Positions 23,701 to 38,695 of a DNA stretch of 64,000 nt are shown piece by piece (the first letter of the stretch is position 1; the number at the start of each line of letters is the position of its first letter). Made by a program: the position numbers and the translations under genes. The notes under the pieces were generated by a model. The model made no database searches. It was not told the DNA's origin and worked only from the letters and a program-made list of their open reading frames with translations. Source of the stretch: Octopus sinensis (taxonomy: Eukaryota); NCBI RefSeq assembly GCF_006345805.1, contig NC_043023.1, forward strand, positions 17,050,001 to 17,114,000, read 5' to 3'.

Positions 23701-26700
23701 CACATGACCACGACTCATAGATCCGCCCCCTCCCAGAACACATGACAACGACCCATTGATCCGCCTACTACCAGAACACATGTCCACGACTCATAGATCC
23801 GTCTACTACCAGAACACATGACCACGACTCATAGATCCGCCCACTCCCAGAACACATGACAACGACCCATAGATCCGCCTACTACCAGAACACATGACCA
23901 CGACTCATAGATCCGCCCACTCCCAGAACACATGACAACGACCATAGATCCGCCTACTACCCGAACACATGACCACGACTCATAGATCCGCCCACTCCCA
24001 GAACACATGACAACGACCCATAGATCCGCCTACTACCAGAACACATGACAACGACCCATTGATCCGCCTACTACCAGAACACATGACAACGACCCATTGA
24101 TCCGCCTACTACCAGCACACATGACCACGACTCATAGATCCGCCCCCTCCCAGAACACATGACAACGACCCATTGATCCGCCTACTACCAGAACACATGT
24201 CCACGACTCATAGATCCGTCTACTACCAGAACACATGACCACGACTCATAGATCCGCCCACTCCCAGAACACATGACAACGACCCATAGATCCGACTACT
24301 ACCAGAACACATGACCACGACTCATAGATCCGCCCACTCCCAGAACACATGACAACGACCCATAGATCCGCCTACTACCAGAACACATGACCACGACTCA
24401 TAGATCCGCCCACTCCCAGAACACATGACAACGACCCATTGATCCGCCCCTACTACCAGCACACATGACCACGACTCTTAGATCCGCCTACTAACAGAAC
24501 ACATGACCACGACTCATAGATCCGCCCACTCCAAGAACACATGACAACGACCCATTGATCCGCTACTACCAGAACACATGACCACGACTCATAGATCCGC
24601 CTACTACCAGAACACATGACCACGACTCATAGATCCGCCCACTCCCAGAAACACATGACCACGACTCATAGATCCGCCCACTCCCAGAACACATGACAAC
24701 GACCCATTGATCCGCCTACTACCAGACACACATGACACGACTCATAGATCCGCCCACTCCCAGAACACATGACACGACCCATTGATCCGCCTACTACCAG
24801 AACACATGACCACGACTCATAGATCCGCCCACTCCCAGAACACATGACCACGACTCATAGATCCGCCCACTCCCAGAACACATGACAACGACCCATCTAT
24901 CCGCCCACTCCCAGAACACATGACAACGACTCATAGATCCGCCTACTACCAGAACACATGACCACGACTCATAGATACGCCTACTACCAGAACACATGAC
25001 CACGACTCATAGATCCGCCCACTCCCAGAACACATGACCACGACTCATAGATCCGCCCACTCCCAGAACACATGACAACGACCCATAGATCCGCCTACTA
25101 CCAGAACACATGACCACGACTCATAGATCCGCCTACTACCAGAACACATGACAACGACCCATAGATCCGCCTACTACCAGAACACATGACCACGACTCAT
25201 AGATCCGCCCACTCCCAGAACACATGACAACGACCCATAGATCCGCCTACTACCCGAACACCATGACCACGACTCATAGATCCGCCACACCCCAGAACAC
25301 ATGACAACGACCCATAGATCCGCCTACTACCAGAACACATGACAACGACCCATTGATCCGCCTACTACCAGAACACATGACAAACGACCCATTGATCCGC
25401 CTACTACCAGAACACATGACCACGACTCATAGATCCGCCCACTCCCAGAACACATGACACGACTCATAGATACGCCCACTCCCAGAAACACATGACAACG
25501 ACCATTGATCCGCCTACTACCAGCACACATGACCACGACTCATAGATCCGCCCACTCCCAGAACACATGACAACGACCATTGATCCGCCTACTACCAGAA
25601 CACATGACCACGACTCATAGATCCGCCCACTCCCAGAACACATGACACGACTCATAGATCCGCCCACTCCCAGAACACATGACAACGACCCATTGATCCG
25701 CCCTACTACCAGAAACACATAACCACGACTCATAGATCCGCCACTCCCAGAACACATGACCACGACTCATAGATCCGCCCACTCCAGAACACATGACAAC
25801 GACCCATAGATCCGCCTACTACCAGAACACATGACAACGACCCATAGATCCGCCTACTACCAGAACACATGACCACGACTCATAGATCCGCCCACTCCCA
25901 GAACACATGACAACGACCCATAGATCGCCTACTACCAGCACACATGACCACGACTCATAGATCCGCCCACTCCCAGAACACATGACAACGACCCATTGAT
26001 CCGCCTACTACCAGAACACATGACCACGATTCAGATCCGCCTACTAAAGAACACATGACCACGACTCATAGATCCGCCCACTCCCAGAACACATGACAAC
26101 GACCCATTGATCCGCCTACTGCCAGAACACATGACCACGACACATAGATCCGCCTACTACCAGCACACATGACCACGACTCATAGATCCGCCCACTCCCA
26201 GAACACATGACCACGACTCATAGATCCGCCCACTCCCAGAACACATGACAACGACCCATTGATCCGCCTACTACCAGCACACATGACCACGACTCATAGA
26301 TCCGCCCACTCCCAGAACACATGACAACGACCCATAGATCCGCCTACTCCCAGCACACATGACCACGACTCATAGATCCGCCCACTCCCAGAACACATGA
26401 CAACGACCCATTGATCCGCCTACTACCAGAACACATGACCACGACTCATAGATCCGCCTACTACCAGAACACATGACAACGACTCATAGATCCGCCACTC
26501 CCAGAACACATGACAACGACCCATAGATCCGCCTACTACCAGAACACATGACCACGACTCATAGATCCGCCTACTACCAGAGCACATGACCACGACTCAT
26601 AGATCCGCCCACCCCAGAACACATGACCACGACTCATAGATCCGCCCACTCCCAGAACACATGACAACAACCCATTGATCCGCCTACTACCAGCACACAT

Positions 26701-29700
26701 GACCACGACTCATAGATCCGCCACTCCCAGAACACATGACAACGACCCATTGATCCGCCTACTACCAGCACACATGACCACGACTCATAGATCCGCCCCC
26801 TCCAGAAACACATGACAACGACCCATTGATCCGCCTACTACCAGAACACATGTCCACGACTCATAGATCCGTCTACTACCAGAACACATGACCACGACTC
26901 ATAGATCCGCCCACTCCCAGAACACATGACAACGACCCATAGATCCGCCTACTACCAGAACACATGACCACGACTCATAGATCCGCCCACTCCCAGAACA
27001 CATGACAACGACCCATAGATCCGCCTACTACCAGAACACATGACCACGACTCATAGATCCGCCCACTCCCAGAACACATGACAACGACCCATTGATCCGC
27101 CTACTACCAGCACACATGACCACGACTCTTAGATCCGCCTACTAACAGAACACATGACCACGACTCATAGATCCGCCCACTCCAAGAACACATGACAACG
27201 ACCCATTGATCCGCCTACTACCAGACACATGACCACGACTCATAGATCCGCCTACTACCAGAACACATGACCACGACTCATAGATCCGCCCCACTCCCAG
27301 AACACATGACCACGACTCATAGATCCGCCCACTCCCAGAACAGATGACAACGACCATTGATCCGCCTACTACCAGCACACATGACCACGACTCATAGATC
27401 CGCCCACTCCCAGAACACATGACAACGACCCATTGATCCGCCTACTACCAAACACATGACCACGACTCATAGATCCGCCCCACTCCCAGAACACATGACC
27501 ACGACTCATAGATCCGCCCACTCTCCCAGAACACATGAGAACGACCCATTGATCCGCCTACTACCAGAACACATGACCACGACTCATAGATCCGCCTACT
27601 ACCAGAACACATGACAACGACTCATAGATCCGCCCACTCCCATAACACATGACAACGACCCATAGATCCGCCTACTACCAGAACACATGACCACGACTCA
27701 TAGATCCGCCTACTACCAAACACATGACAACGACCCATAGATCCGCCTACTACCAGAACACATGACCACGACTCATAGATCCGCCCACTCCCAGAACACA
27801 TGACAACGACCCATAGATCCGCCTACTACCAGCACACATGACCACGACTCATAGATCCGCCCACTCCCAGAACACATGACAACGACCCATTGATCCGCCT
27901 ACTACCAGAACACATGACCACGATTCAGATCCGCCTACTACCAGAACACATGACCACGACTCATAGATCCGCCCACTCCCAGAACACATGACAACGACCC
28001 ATTGATCCGCCTACTGCCAGAACACATGACCACGACACATAGATCCGCCTACTACCAGCACACATGACCACGACTCATAGATCCGCCCACTCCCAGAACA
28101 CATGACCACGACTCATAGATCCGCCCACTCCCAGAACACATGACAACGACCCATTGATCCGCCTACTACCAGCACACATGACCACGACTCATAGATCCGC
28201 CCACTCCCAGAACACATGACAACGACCCATAGATCCGCCTACTACCAGCACACATGACCACGACTCATAGATCCCACTCCCAGAACACATGACAACGACC
28301 CATTGATCCGCCTACTACCAGAACACATGACCACGACTCATAGATCCGCCTACTACCAGAACACATGACAACGACTCATAGATCCGCCCACTCCCAGAAC
28401 ACATGACAACGACCCATAGATCCGCCTACTACCAGAACACATGACCACGACTCATAGATCCGCCTACTACCAGAGCACATGACCACGACTCATAGATCCG
28501 CCCACTCCCAGAAACATGACCACGACTCATAGATCCGCCCACTCCCAGAACACATGACAACAACCCATTGATCCGCCTACTACCAGCACACATGACCACG
28601 ACTCATAGATCCGCCCACTCCCAGAACACATGACAACGACCCATTGATCCGCCTACTACCAGCACACATGACCACGACTCATAGATCCGCCCCCTCCCAG
28701 AACACATGACAACGACCCATTGATCCGCCTACTACCAGAACACATGTCCACGACTCATAGATCCGTCTACTACCAGAACACATGACCACGACTCACGATC
28801 ATAGTCGCCCACTCCCAGAACACATGACAACGACCCATAGATCCGCCTACTACCAGAACACATGACCACGACTCATAGATCCGCCCACTCCCAGAACACA
28901 TGACAACGACCCATAGATCCGCCTACTACCAGAACACATGACCACGACTCATAGATCCGCCCACTCCCAGAACACATGACAACGACCCATTGATCCGCCT
29001 ACTACCAGCACACATGACCACGACTCTTAGATCCGCCTACTAACAGAACACATGACCACGACTCATAGATCCGCCCACTCCAAGAACACATGACAACGAC
29101 CCATTGATCCGCCTACTACCAGAAACAATGACCACGACTCATAGATCCGCCTACTACCAGAACATGACCACGACTCATAGATCCGCCCACTCCCAGAACA
29201 CATGACCACGACTCATAGATCCCCCACTCCAGAACACATGACAACGACCCATTGATCCGCCTACTACCAGCACACATGACCACGACTCATAGATCCGCCC
29301 ACTCCCAGAACACATGACAACGACCCATTGATCCGCCTACTACCAGAACACATGACCACGACTCATAGATCCGCCCACTCCCAGAACACATGACCACGAC
29401 TCATAGATCCGCCCACTCCCAGAACACATGACAACGACCCATCTATCCGCCCACTCCCAGAACACATGACAACGACTCATAGATCCGCCTACTACCAGAA
29501 CACATGACCACGACTCATAGATACGCCTACTACCAGAACACATGACCACGACTCATAGATCCGCCCACTCCCAGAACACATGACCACGACTCATAGATCC
29601 GCCCACTCCCAGAACACATGACAACGACCCATAGATCCGCCTACTACCAGAACACATGACCACGACTCATAGATCCGCCTACTACCAGAACACATGACAA

Positions 29701-32700
29701 TGACCCATAGATCCGCCTACTACCGAAACACATGACCACGACTCATAGATCCGCCCACTCCCAGAACACATGACAACGACCCATAGATCCGCCTACTACC
29801 CGAACACATGACCACGACTCATAGATCCGCCCACTCCAGAACACATGACAACGACCCATAGATCCGCCTACTACCAGAACACATGACAACGACCCATTGA
29901 TCCGCCTACTACCAGAACACATGACAACGACCCATTGATCCGCCTACTACCAGCACACATGACCACGACTCATAGATCCGCCCCCTCCCAGAACACATGA
30001 CAACGACCCATTGATCCGCCTACTACCAGAACACATGTCCACGACTCATAGATCCGTCTACTACCAGAACACATGACCACGACTCATAGATCCGCCCACT
30101 CCCAGAACACATGAACGACCCATAGATCCGACTACTACCAGAACACATGACCACGACTCATAGATCCGCCCACTCCCAGAACACATGACACGACCCATAG
30201 ATCCGCCTACTACCAGAACACATGACCACGACTCATAGATCCGCCCACTCCCAGAACACATGACAACGACCCATTGATCCGCCTACTACCAGCACACATG
30301 ACCACGACTCTTAGATCCGCCTACTAACAGAACACATGACCACGACTCATAGATCCGCCCACTCCAAGAACACATGACAACGACCCATTGATCCGCCTAC
30401 TACCAGAACACATGACCACGACTCATAGATCCGCCTACTACCAGAACACATGACCACGACTCATAGATCCGCCCACTCCCAGAACACATGACCACGACTC
30501 ATAGATCCGCCCACTCCCAGAACACATGACAACGACCCATTGATCCGCCTACTACCAGCACACATGACCACGACTCATAGATCCGCCCACTCCCAGAACA
30601 CATGACAACGACCCATTGATCCGCCTACTACCAGAACACATGACCACGACTCATAGATCCGCCCACTCCCAGAACACATGACCACGACTCATAGATCCGC
30701 CCACTCCCAGAACACATGACAACGACCCATCTATCCGCCCACTCCCAGAACACATGACAACGACTCATAGATCCGCCTACTACCAGAACACATGACCACG
30801 ACTCATAGATACGCCTACTACCAGAACACATGACCACGACTCATAGATCCGCCCACTCCCAGAACACATGACCACGACTCATAGATCCGCCCACTCCCAG
30901 AACACATGACAACGACCCATAGATCCGCCTACTACCAGAACACATGACCACGACTCATAGATCCGCCTACTACCAGAACACATGACAATGACCCATAGAT
31001 CCGCCTACTACCAGAACACATGACCACGACTCATAGATCCGCCCACTCCCAGAACACATGACAACGACCCATAGATCCGCCTACTACCCGAACACATGAC
31101 CACGACTCATAGATCCGCCCACTCCCAGAACACATGACAACGACCCATAGATCCGCCTACTACCAGAACACATGACAACGACCCATTGATCCGCCTACTA
31201 CCAGAACACATGACAACGACCCATTGATCCGCTACTACCAGAACACATGACCACGACTCATAGATCCGCCCACTCCCAGAACACATGACCACGACTCATA
31301 GATACGCCCACTCCCAGAACACATGACAACGACCCATTGATCCGCCTACTACCAGCACACATGACCACGACTCATAGATCCGCCCACTCCCAGAAAACAT
31401 GACAACGACCCATTGATCGCCCCTACTACCAGAACACATGACCACGACTCATAGATCCGCCCACTCCCAGAACACATGACCACGACTCATAGATCCGCCC
31501 ACTCCCAGAACACATGACAACGACCCATTGATCCGCCTACTACCAGAACACATAACCACGACTCATAGATCCGCCCACTCCCAGAACACATGACCACGAC
31601 TCATAGATCCGCCCACTCCAGAACACATGACAACGACCCATTGATCCGCCTACTACCAGCACACATGACCACGACGCATAGATCCGCCCACTCCCAGAAC
31701 ACATGACCACGACTCATAGATCCGCCCACTCCCAGAACACATGACAACGACCCATTGATCCGCCTACTACCAGAACACATGACAACGACCCATTGATCCG
31801 CCTACTACCAGCACAAACTACCACGACTCATAGATCCGCCCACTCCCAGAACACATGACCACGACTCATAGATCCGCCCACTCCCAGAACACATGACAAC
31901 GACCCATTGATCCGCCTACTACCAGAACACATGACCACGACTCATAGATCCGCCCACTCCCAGAACACATGACCACGACTCATAGATCCGCCCACTCCCA
32001 GAACACATGACAGCGACCCATTGATCCGCCTACTACCAGCACACATGACCACGACTCATAGATCCGCCCACTCCCAGAACACATGACCACGACTCATAGA
32101 TCCGCCCACTCCCAGAACACATGACAACGACCCATTGATCCGCCCACTCCCAGAACACATGAAAACGACTCATAGATCCGCCTACTACCAGAACACATGA
32201 CCACGACTCATAGATCCGCCTACTACCAGAACACATGACCACGACTCATAGATCAGCCCACTCCCAGAACACATGACCACGACTCATAGATCCGCCCACT
32301 CCCAGAACACATGACAACGACCCATAGATCCGCCTACTACCAGAACACATGACCACGACTCATAGATCCGCCCACTCCCAGAACACATGACAACGACCCA
32401 TAGATCCGCCCACTCCCAGAACACATGACAACGACCCATTGATCCGCCTACTACCAGAACACATGACAACGACCCATTGATCCGCCTACTACCAGAACAC
32501 ATGACAACGACCCATAGATCCGCCTACTACCAGAACACATGACCACGACCCATAGATCCGCCTACTACCAGAACACATGACAACGACCCATTGATCCGCC
32601 TACAACCAGAACACATGACAACGACCCATTGATCCGCCTACTACCAGAACACATGACAACGACCCATAGATCCGCCTACTACCAGAACACTTGACCACGC

Positions 32701-33353
32701 CCCATAGATCCGCCTACTACCAGAACACATGACAACGACCCATTGATCCGCCTACTACCAGAACACATGACAACGACCCATAGATCCGCCTACTACCAGA
32801 ACACATGACAACGACCCATTGATCCGCCTACTACCAGAACACATGACCACGACTCATAGATCCGCCCACTCCCAGAACACATGACCACGACTCATAGATC
32901 CGCCCACTCCCAGAACACATGACAACGACCCATTGATCCGCCCACTCCCAGAACACATGACAACGACTCATAGATCCGCCTACTACCAGAACACATGACC
33001 ACGACTCATAGATCCGCCCACTCCCAGAACACATGACCACGACTCATAGATCCGCCCAGTCCCAGAACACATGACAACGACCCATAGATCCGCCTACTAC
33101 CAGAACACATGACCACGACTCATAGATCCGCCCACTCCCAGAACACATGACAACGACCCATAGATCCGCCTACTACCAGAACACATGACCACGACCCATA
33201 GATCCGCCTACTACCAGAACACATGACCACGACCCATAGATCCGCCTACTACCAGAACACATGACAACGAGCCATTGATCCGCCTACTACCAGAACACAT
33301 GACAACGACCCATTGATCCGCCTACTACCAGAACACATGACAATGACCCATAG
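20773..33353. repeat. 38-bp satellite array (~330 monomers, at least 12.6 kb) with 76-bp dimer and kb-scale higher-order structure
   Basis: Monomer agaacacatgac(c/a)acgac(t/c)cat(a/t)gatccgcc(cactccc/tactacc). Confidence 0.97.
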
Positions 33354-33471
33354 GCTGAGGTCAAAATGCATCCAAGCGATTGACTTTATCAGATTTATCA
33401 AAATTTATCTCAGACATAAAGAAATTAAAACATATTTCACAGTCACACACGTCTCTTGTTTCTTTTGAGGT

Positions 33472-33596
33472 TCAGTGCATAGCAACACAAACCAACTCTT
33501 CATAATCACACGCCAGAGAGCAGGGAAAACAGTTATCAGCACCGTTTCTCCGTAAATTTCCCGAAGAAAGATTCCTTGCTCCGAAATACTGAAATA
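33472..33596 (-). CDS. Last coding exon (E) of an unnamed minus-strand gene; Cys-rich, PAN/apple-like pattern
   Basis: Acceptor ctcttctctag; phase-1 start matches the exon D donor; (V)FQYFGARNLSSGNLRRNGADNCFPCSLACDYEELVCVAMH*. Confidence 0.5.
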
Positions 33597-33837
33597 CTAG
33601 AGAAGAGTATAAACCACTGACTTGTATTATTAATATTTTGTTACAACTTGCATTGTTTTGGCTTAAAAGAAAAACTATTTAAAAGATTTATATGTATGAG
33701 ACAATGCTTCTTGAAAACCACAGCTGTGCGCGCATGCATACACACACGCACACACACGCGCACACATGCATGCGCGTACGCCAACACAGAGTTATACAAT
33801 CAATTACACTGAAATCAAGAGGCGATGTTTTACTTAC

Positions 33838-33947
33838 CACCGGACGACGTTTTGTCAGAAAGACCGTAGTTTTCCATATTTCCACTTTCTCTTTTGGCTT
33901 CTATCCTCCCGGTGTTATACTCGATGGTAAAGTCCGGGTAATTGAAA
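33838..33947 (-). CDS. Exon D of the minus-strand gene
   Basis: Acceptor atattag, donor g|gtaagta; only the phase-2 frame is open: FNYPDFTIEYNTGRIEAKRESGNMENYGLSDKTSSG. Confidence 0.6.
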
Positions 33948-34111
33948 CTAATATATTACAATTGATAAATTGTTTTTCTTATATTTTTGTTATTTTCTAT
34001 GTTTACTGGGTTTTTAAATGTAATCCCACACAAAATCAATTGTACCCTCATCGATCTTTTTGTCAAACCTTAAGGTTCATAACGAAAACATTATCATTAT
34101 CATTATTATAA

Positions 34112-34340
34112 GACGGCGAGTTGGCAGAATCTTTAGCATGCCGGATAAAATGCTTAGCAGTATTTTTGTCCGTCTATACATCCTGAGTTCAAATTCCGTC
34201 GAGGTCAACTTTGCCTATCACCCTTTCAGGGATCGTTTGAATAATTACCAGTTTGACACTGGTACCGATGCAATTGACAACCACCCCCTGCGCCCCCACC
34301 AAACTGTCAGACTTTCAGCCTATAGTGGAAAGGATTATTA
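34112..34340 (+). mobile_element. Diverged SINE (ggcgagctggcagaa family), intronic
   Basis: ggcgagttggcagaatc...gagttcaaattccgtcgaggtcaactttgcc. Confidence 0.7.
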
Positions 34341-34486
34341 TTATGGAATTATAATATTATACAACAATGAGACATAAAGTATATCTGTGAACTTTCCTCT
34401 TATAAATACACCGCGAATGTGTTCAAAAGAACAAATATTAAGTAATTGAAGAAGATGTTAATTATGAGTAAGGAGATGATATATAC

Positions 34487-34634
34487 TTCGCATTGAAAGT
34501 CACAGTTTGTGGGACCCAAATGTCAGTCGGATCCACACTGAGTTTTTCTTTCTGGAACCATGATGTAGAATTCGTCCCTGTTCCACGGAAAATGAATACT
34601 GTATCATCATATTTGGTTTTTCAACCGAATTCCA
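34487..34634 (-). CDS. Exon C of the minus-strand gene (lesion near its 5' end)
   Basis: Acceptor tactttctatttgcag; KTKYDDTVFIFRGTGTNSTSWFQKEKLSVDPTDIWVPQTVTFNA; ends in phase 2 at either candidate donor (aa|gtatat, or gc|g[t]aagt). Confidence 0.55.
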
Positions 34635-35904
34635 CTGCAAATAGAAAGTAAACTCAAACAAGTGACAAATCTCAGAGAATGAGGGATGGTAGAGTTTTAG
34701 GAAGAGAACGGAGATTAGGATGTGATATAAGGAGAGAGTAGGGGGGCGAGAATGAGATGGAGAGAATAGTGGGGGAAGAGTAAGACTTTGAGTGCAGGAG
34801 AAAAAGACTAAAGACGACAATGAGTTGTGGAAAGAGGATAAGAGGAGGAGAGAGATAGAATGTGAGAGAGACAGAGAGACAGACAGACAGAAGGAGGGAA
34901 AATGAGAAGACGAGATGCTATGTCGCGTTAGAAGTGCAAAATTAAGACAGAAATTGATTGGGTTTGAGTGGAAAACGTGGCTGTCTTACGAGACAGAGAA
35001 TCAGACTACTAACTAATGAGTCATGATTTCGGAGTCTTTCTAAAAGTTTTGTTGCATCTATAGGAACTAGAAAACCCTGACAAAATCAGGATAAAACAAA
35101 GACAAAACCAGCAAGAATCGATCCCACATCAAAGACATATCGATGTTCTGTGGAGGAATGAACAGAGATATCAAGAACGGAAGTAAAGGAGTTGTCACAT
35201 CACCTCAAGAAAGGGGCTTTCGATCTGCCTCTTCCTTGGTCATGACTCTTAGGTGGAGCGGATGCCAGAGGGACAGTAGCTTCTGACCAAATGCTGGGGT
35301 AGTGTAGCCGTGTAGGTTTGTCCAACAAGTCTTTTGGACCCTGGTAGAGTGTAGCTTTTCTGAAGTTCGTCTCGATTAAAAGCATTTTTACCGTCCCATC
35401 TACATCTTCGTGATTTCATCCTTCCACCTCTTCCTTTTAAAATGCAAGACAAACCTTTTTCTCTCGCTGACACATAATCTTCTTATAATCTCTCTCCGTC
35501 TTTCTCTACCTATTGTCTACTCAACCCTATACACCTACACTTATAACCACTCACCATTTATTTCGTTCTTAGCAGTTAAAGCCCCTTGTTATTCCACTTC
35601 AAAATATGTATTCCTCATCGATCCAACATCTGTTGTGGTTCTATCGTTCTCCAAGCTCCCCCTTAATCCCCTTTTCGAGTTATAACCACAACATGCATGA
35701 AAATAAGCCTGAGTATCGAAACTGGATCCTCTCTTGTTACTAAAGGCAACTGCAAGAACAAAATAGACGGTGCGAAGGGCACTAAAGTCATACACCCTTA
35801 TAATATCGACAGAAAAAGAGGGAAAAATCAAATGCCCCAAAATATAGCGGACTGACCAAAATGGAGTTTGTTTATTAAATGAGGAGATTTTGAAATTTCA
35901 TTAC

Positions 35905-35994
35905 CTTTTCAATGGGCAATTGTCCCAGTATAAATAAATAGGACTTCTTTTGAATGAGTTGGGGTCATCTCAAATACTTTCTGCTTCTCTGTAA
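35905..35994 (-). CDS. Exon B of the minus-strand gene (two apparent 1-nt deletions)
   Basis: Acceptor tttactgatacag, donor aag|gtaatg; repaired reading (I)TEKQKVFE/DDPNSFKRSPIYLYWDN/LPIEK. Confidence 0.5.
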
Positions 35995-36222
35995 CTGTAT
36001 CAGTAAATAGATAGAAATCAATAATTTACATGAAAATGTACAGACAAGATGTTAACCCTTAAACGGCAAGAAAGTGTTGCATGACTATGTTTAACAAACA
36101 GGCAAAAAACGAAACAAGCTCTTTTTTTAAGAATAATTTTTATATTTATTTTCATCTTAATTAAGCACAAAAGCTATATTAATTCCTGGTATCTCGTACA
36201 GTAAACTTGACGATCTCATTAC

Positions 36223-36405
36223 TTTTGAGTGCCATAAAAGAGTCCCTTTTCTTTGCGTCCGGCATTATCATAAATTTATTTAAGATTCCCGCATAGTTGT
36301 CAAATAAATATACAAATGGACAAAAATCGATGCACTTTATCGATCCATCACTTTCTTCCGTGCTATCTAGAATATCATCATCATCTTCATCATCATGTAC
36401 TTCAT
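36223..36405 (-). CDS. Exon A of the minus-strand gene (acidic tract)
   Basis: Acceptor atttccttctttatcag, donor a|gtaatg, 183 nt open, phase 1-1: DEVHDDEDDDDILDSTEESDGSIKCIDFCPFVYLFDNYAGILNKFMIMPDAKKRDSFMALK (overlaps track ORF 36179..36430). Confidence 0.6.
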
Positions 36406-37236
36406 CTGATAAAGAAGGAAATTTCTTCATTCAAGTATAAATCTTCCGTTTGCGACCTGATTTCTGCCACCGATAAGAGCCGCTTATGTATGTATGTATG
36501 TATGTATGTATGTATGTATGTATGTATGTATGTATGTATGTATGTATGTATGATGTATGTATGTATGTATGTATATAAAACATAGTGTTAATGACACTTA
36601 AATTACGAAAGCACCTAAGAAAAGTGTGATTCACATACCGTTTCCAGAGAGCAAAATATATGACGAACAGTTGCAATCAAAATCCCTAATTTCTTTGTTG
36701 TAAAGTGATCGATGCATATGACATGAGCCATTACAATAGCTAAAATATTGGCATTGGCTTTCTAAAATACACCAAAATGCACATTCTTGAGCTGACGCCG
36801 TGTTTTCATATGTTTTAATCCGAGAACATAGGCATTTTGACGAAGTGATTTCTCCAAAAAGTACTCTTGTGTTAATAAACGACCTCGTCTCGTCGAAGCT
36901 AAACAGCTAACTGTTCAACAACGAAGCACATGGGGGAGTTTACATATAATACATCCGGTAAATGGCAGGCTTCTTCGAATTGCATTTCGGGTAGGAAAAG
37001 TTTTTTCGGAATAAAATTATTTAACAATTAAGGATAACCTCTTAATAAGGAATCTTAACAAGAAATTATCAGGTAGATAGCGTGAAAAACCTCATAAGAT
37101 AAAAATTTTGAAAATAATTCTTTCTTATTGAACATATTAATTTATATATAGAGGGCATTATTATACATACATGCCACACGCTAAGAGGGACATTAGTCAT
37201 TTCTACCAAAAATTTTTAATAATTCTACCCAAATTA

Positions 37237-37301
<65 letters not shown>

Positions 37302-38081
37302 TATATATATATATATAATTATATATATATATATATTATATATATATATATATATACACGAGGTCTGATCAATAAGTATACGGATTGTTCCGAGAGGGAA
37401 TAAGCTGAAGCATGCTGGGTAAAACCGCTTGGCAAAAAGTGGTTGGGACTCTGTTGTGCAAGAGCGCTATGTTTTAACGTTCTAGCTCATTTCTGCGGTT
37501 TACAGCAGTGCCTGGAAGGAAGGTGAGTAGCGTGTTATCGCCGCATTGACCATGACAGGGAAAGTTGGTTATGCGTGCAAATTAAGACGTGCTTTGTATT
37601 TTTCAATGAAAAAAGTTTCTTTATTCTAAATCGTTTAAATAAAGAACCTTTTTTCATTGAAAAACACAAAACACGTCTAAAAATGCACGCTTAACCAACC
37701 TTTATCTTTTTACATATTTCAATTCACGATTATATCACTGTACATAAATCCCCTTACTAAACAAGGTTTTTGAAACTTGTGTGTGTCTGTACACGTATAC
37801 ATATTTCCCCTCCCATTACCGAAAGCTGAACAGTTATCTCCCTTACTCACAACAATAACAATAGTAACGACAACCAATTACCTCCCTTTATATATCTACC
37901 TGTGAAGTCATTCACTCATGAATATCATTACTCACATCATGCACAAAATTACTTCTTAAGAAAAAATAAAAATTCAAATACAGAAAACATAATATCATGA
38001 ATAGCGATAGCGAAACTGGTCGATATATTAAAAATTATATTAAAACTATGTAAGTGTGCGTATTGTCCTTTTTTAATTTCT

Positions 38082-38114
<33 letters not shown>

Positions 38115-38245
38115 CTGTGTGTATGTCTACGTATATCTGTCTTCTGTAGTAGTAGTAGCTCCAAAGAAGTCAAATTACTTTATTACTCCTCTGTACCGAT
38201 TATGTTCCCGGTACATTTATTTTTGAGTGTGTTTATATATGTATG

Positions 38246-38280
<35 letters not shown>

Positions 38281-38386
38281 TAGCAGAATCTTTAGCCGAA
38301 CCGCTAGGTTACGGGGACATAAACACACCGGCATCGGTTGTCAAGCAGGCGATGTTGGGGGTACAGACACAGACACACTAGCATAC

Positions 38387-38447
<61 letters not shown>

Positions 38448-38483
38448 GAATTATATATAATTATATATATATATGTATATATA

Positions 38484-38695
38484 CGAGGTCTGATCAATAA
38501 GTATCCGGATTGTTCCGAGAGGGAATAAGCTGAAGCATGCTGGGTAAAACTGCTTGGCAAAAAGTGGCTTGGGACTCTGTTATGCAAGAGCGCTAAGTTT
38601 TTATATTCTAACTCATTTCTGCTGTTTACAGCAGTGCTTGGAAGGAAGGTGAGTAGCGTGTGATCGTCGCATTGACCATGACAGGGAAAGTTGGT
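38484..38695 (+). mobile_element. Mariner-like left-end remnant (also at 37359 and 39631)
   Basis: TA followed by cgaggtctgatcaataagtatccgga, resembling mariner TIRs; no partner TIR found. Confidence 0.5.

Noticed and set aside
20773-33353. CRISPR-like array or repetitive protein (MCSGSGRIYESW ORFs)
   Set aside because: Monomers are contiguous with no unique spacers, there are no cas genes and the context is eukaryotic. The 38-bp unit is not a multiple of 3 and stops are frequent.
34490-34560. Cys-loop / chemotactile receptor exon (KLSVDPTDIWVP resembles the loop A IWxP motif)
   Set aside because: Neighbouring exons show no Cys-loop or transmembrane helices and the invariant PD is missing; the wider peptide fits a different domain better.
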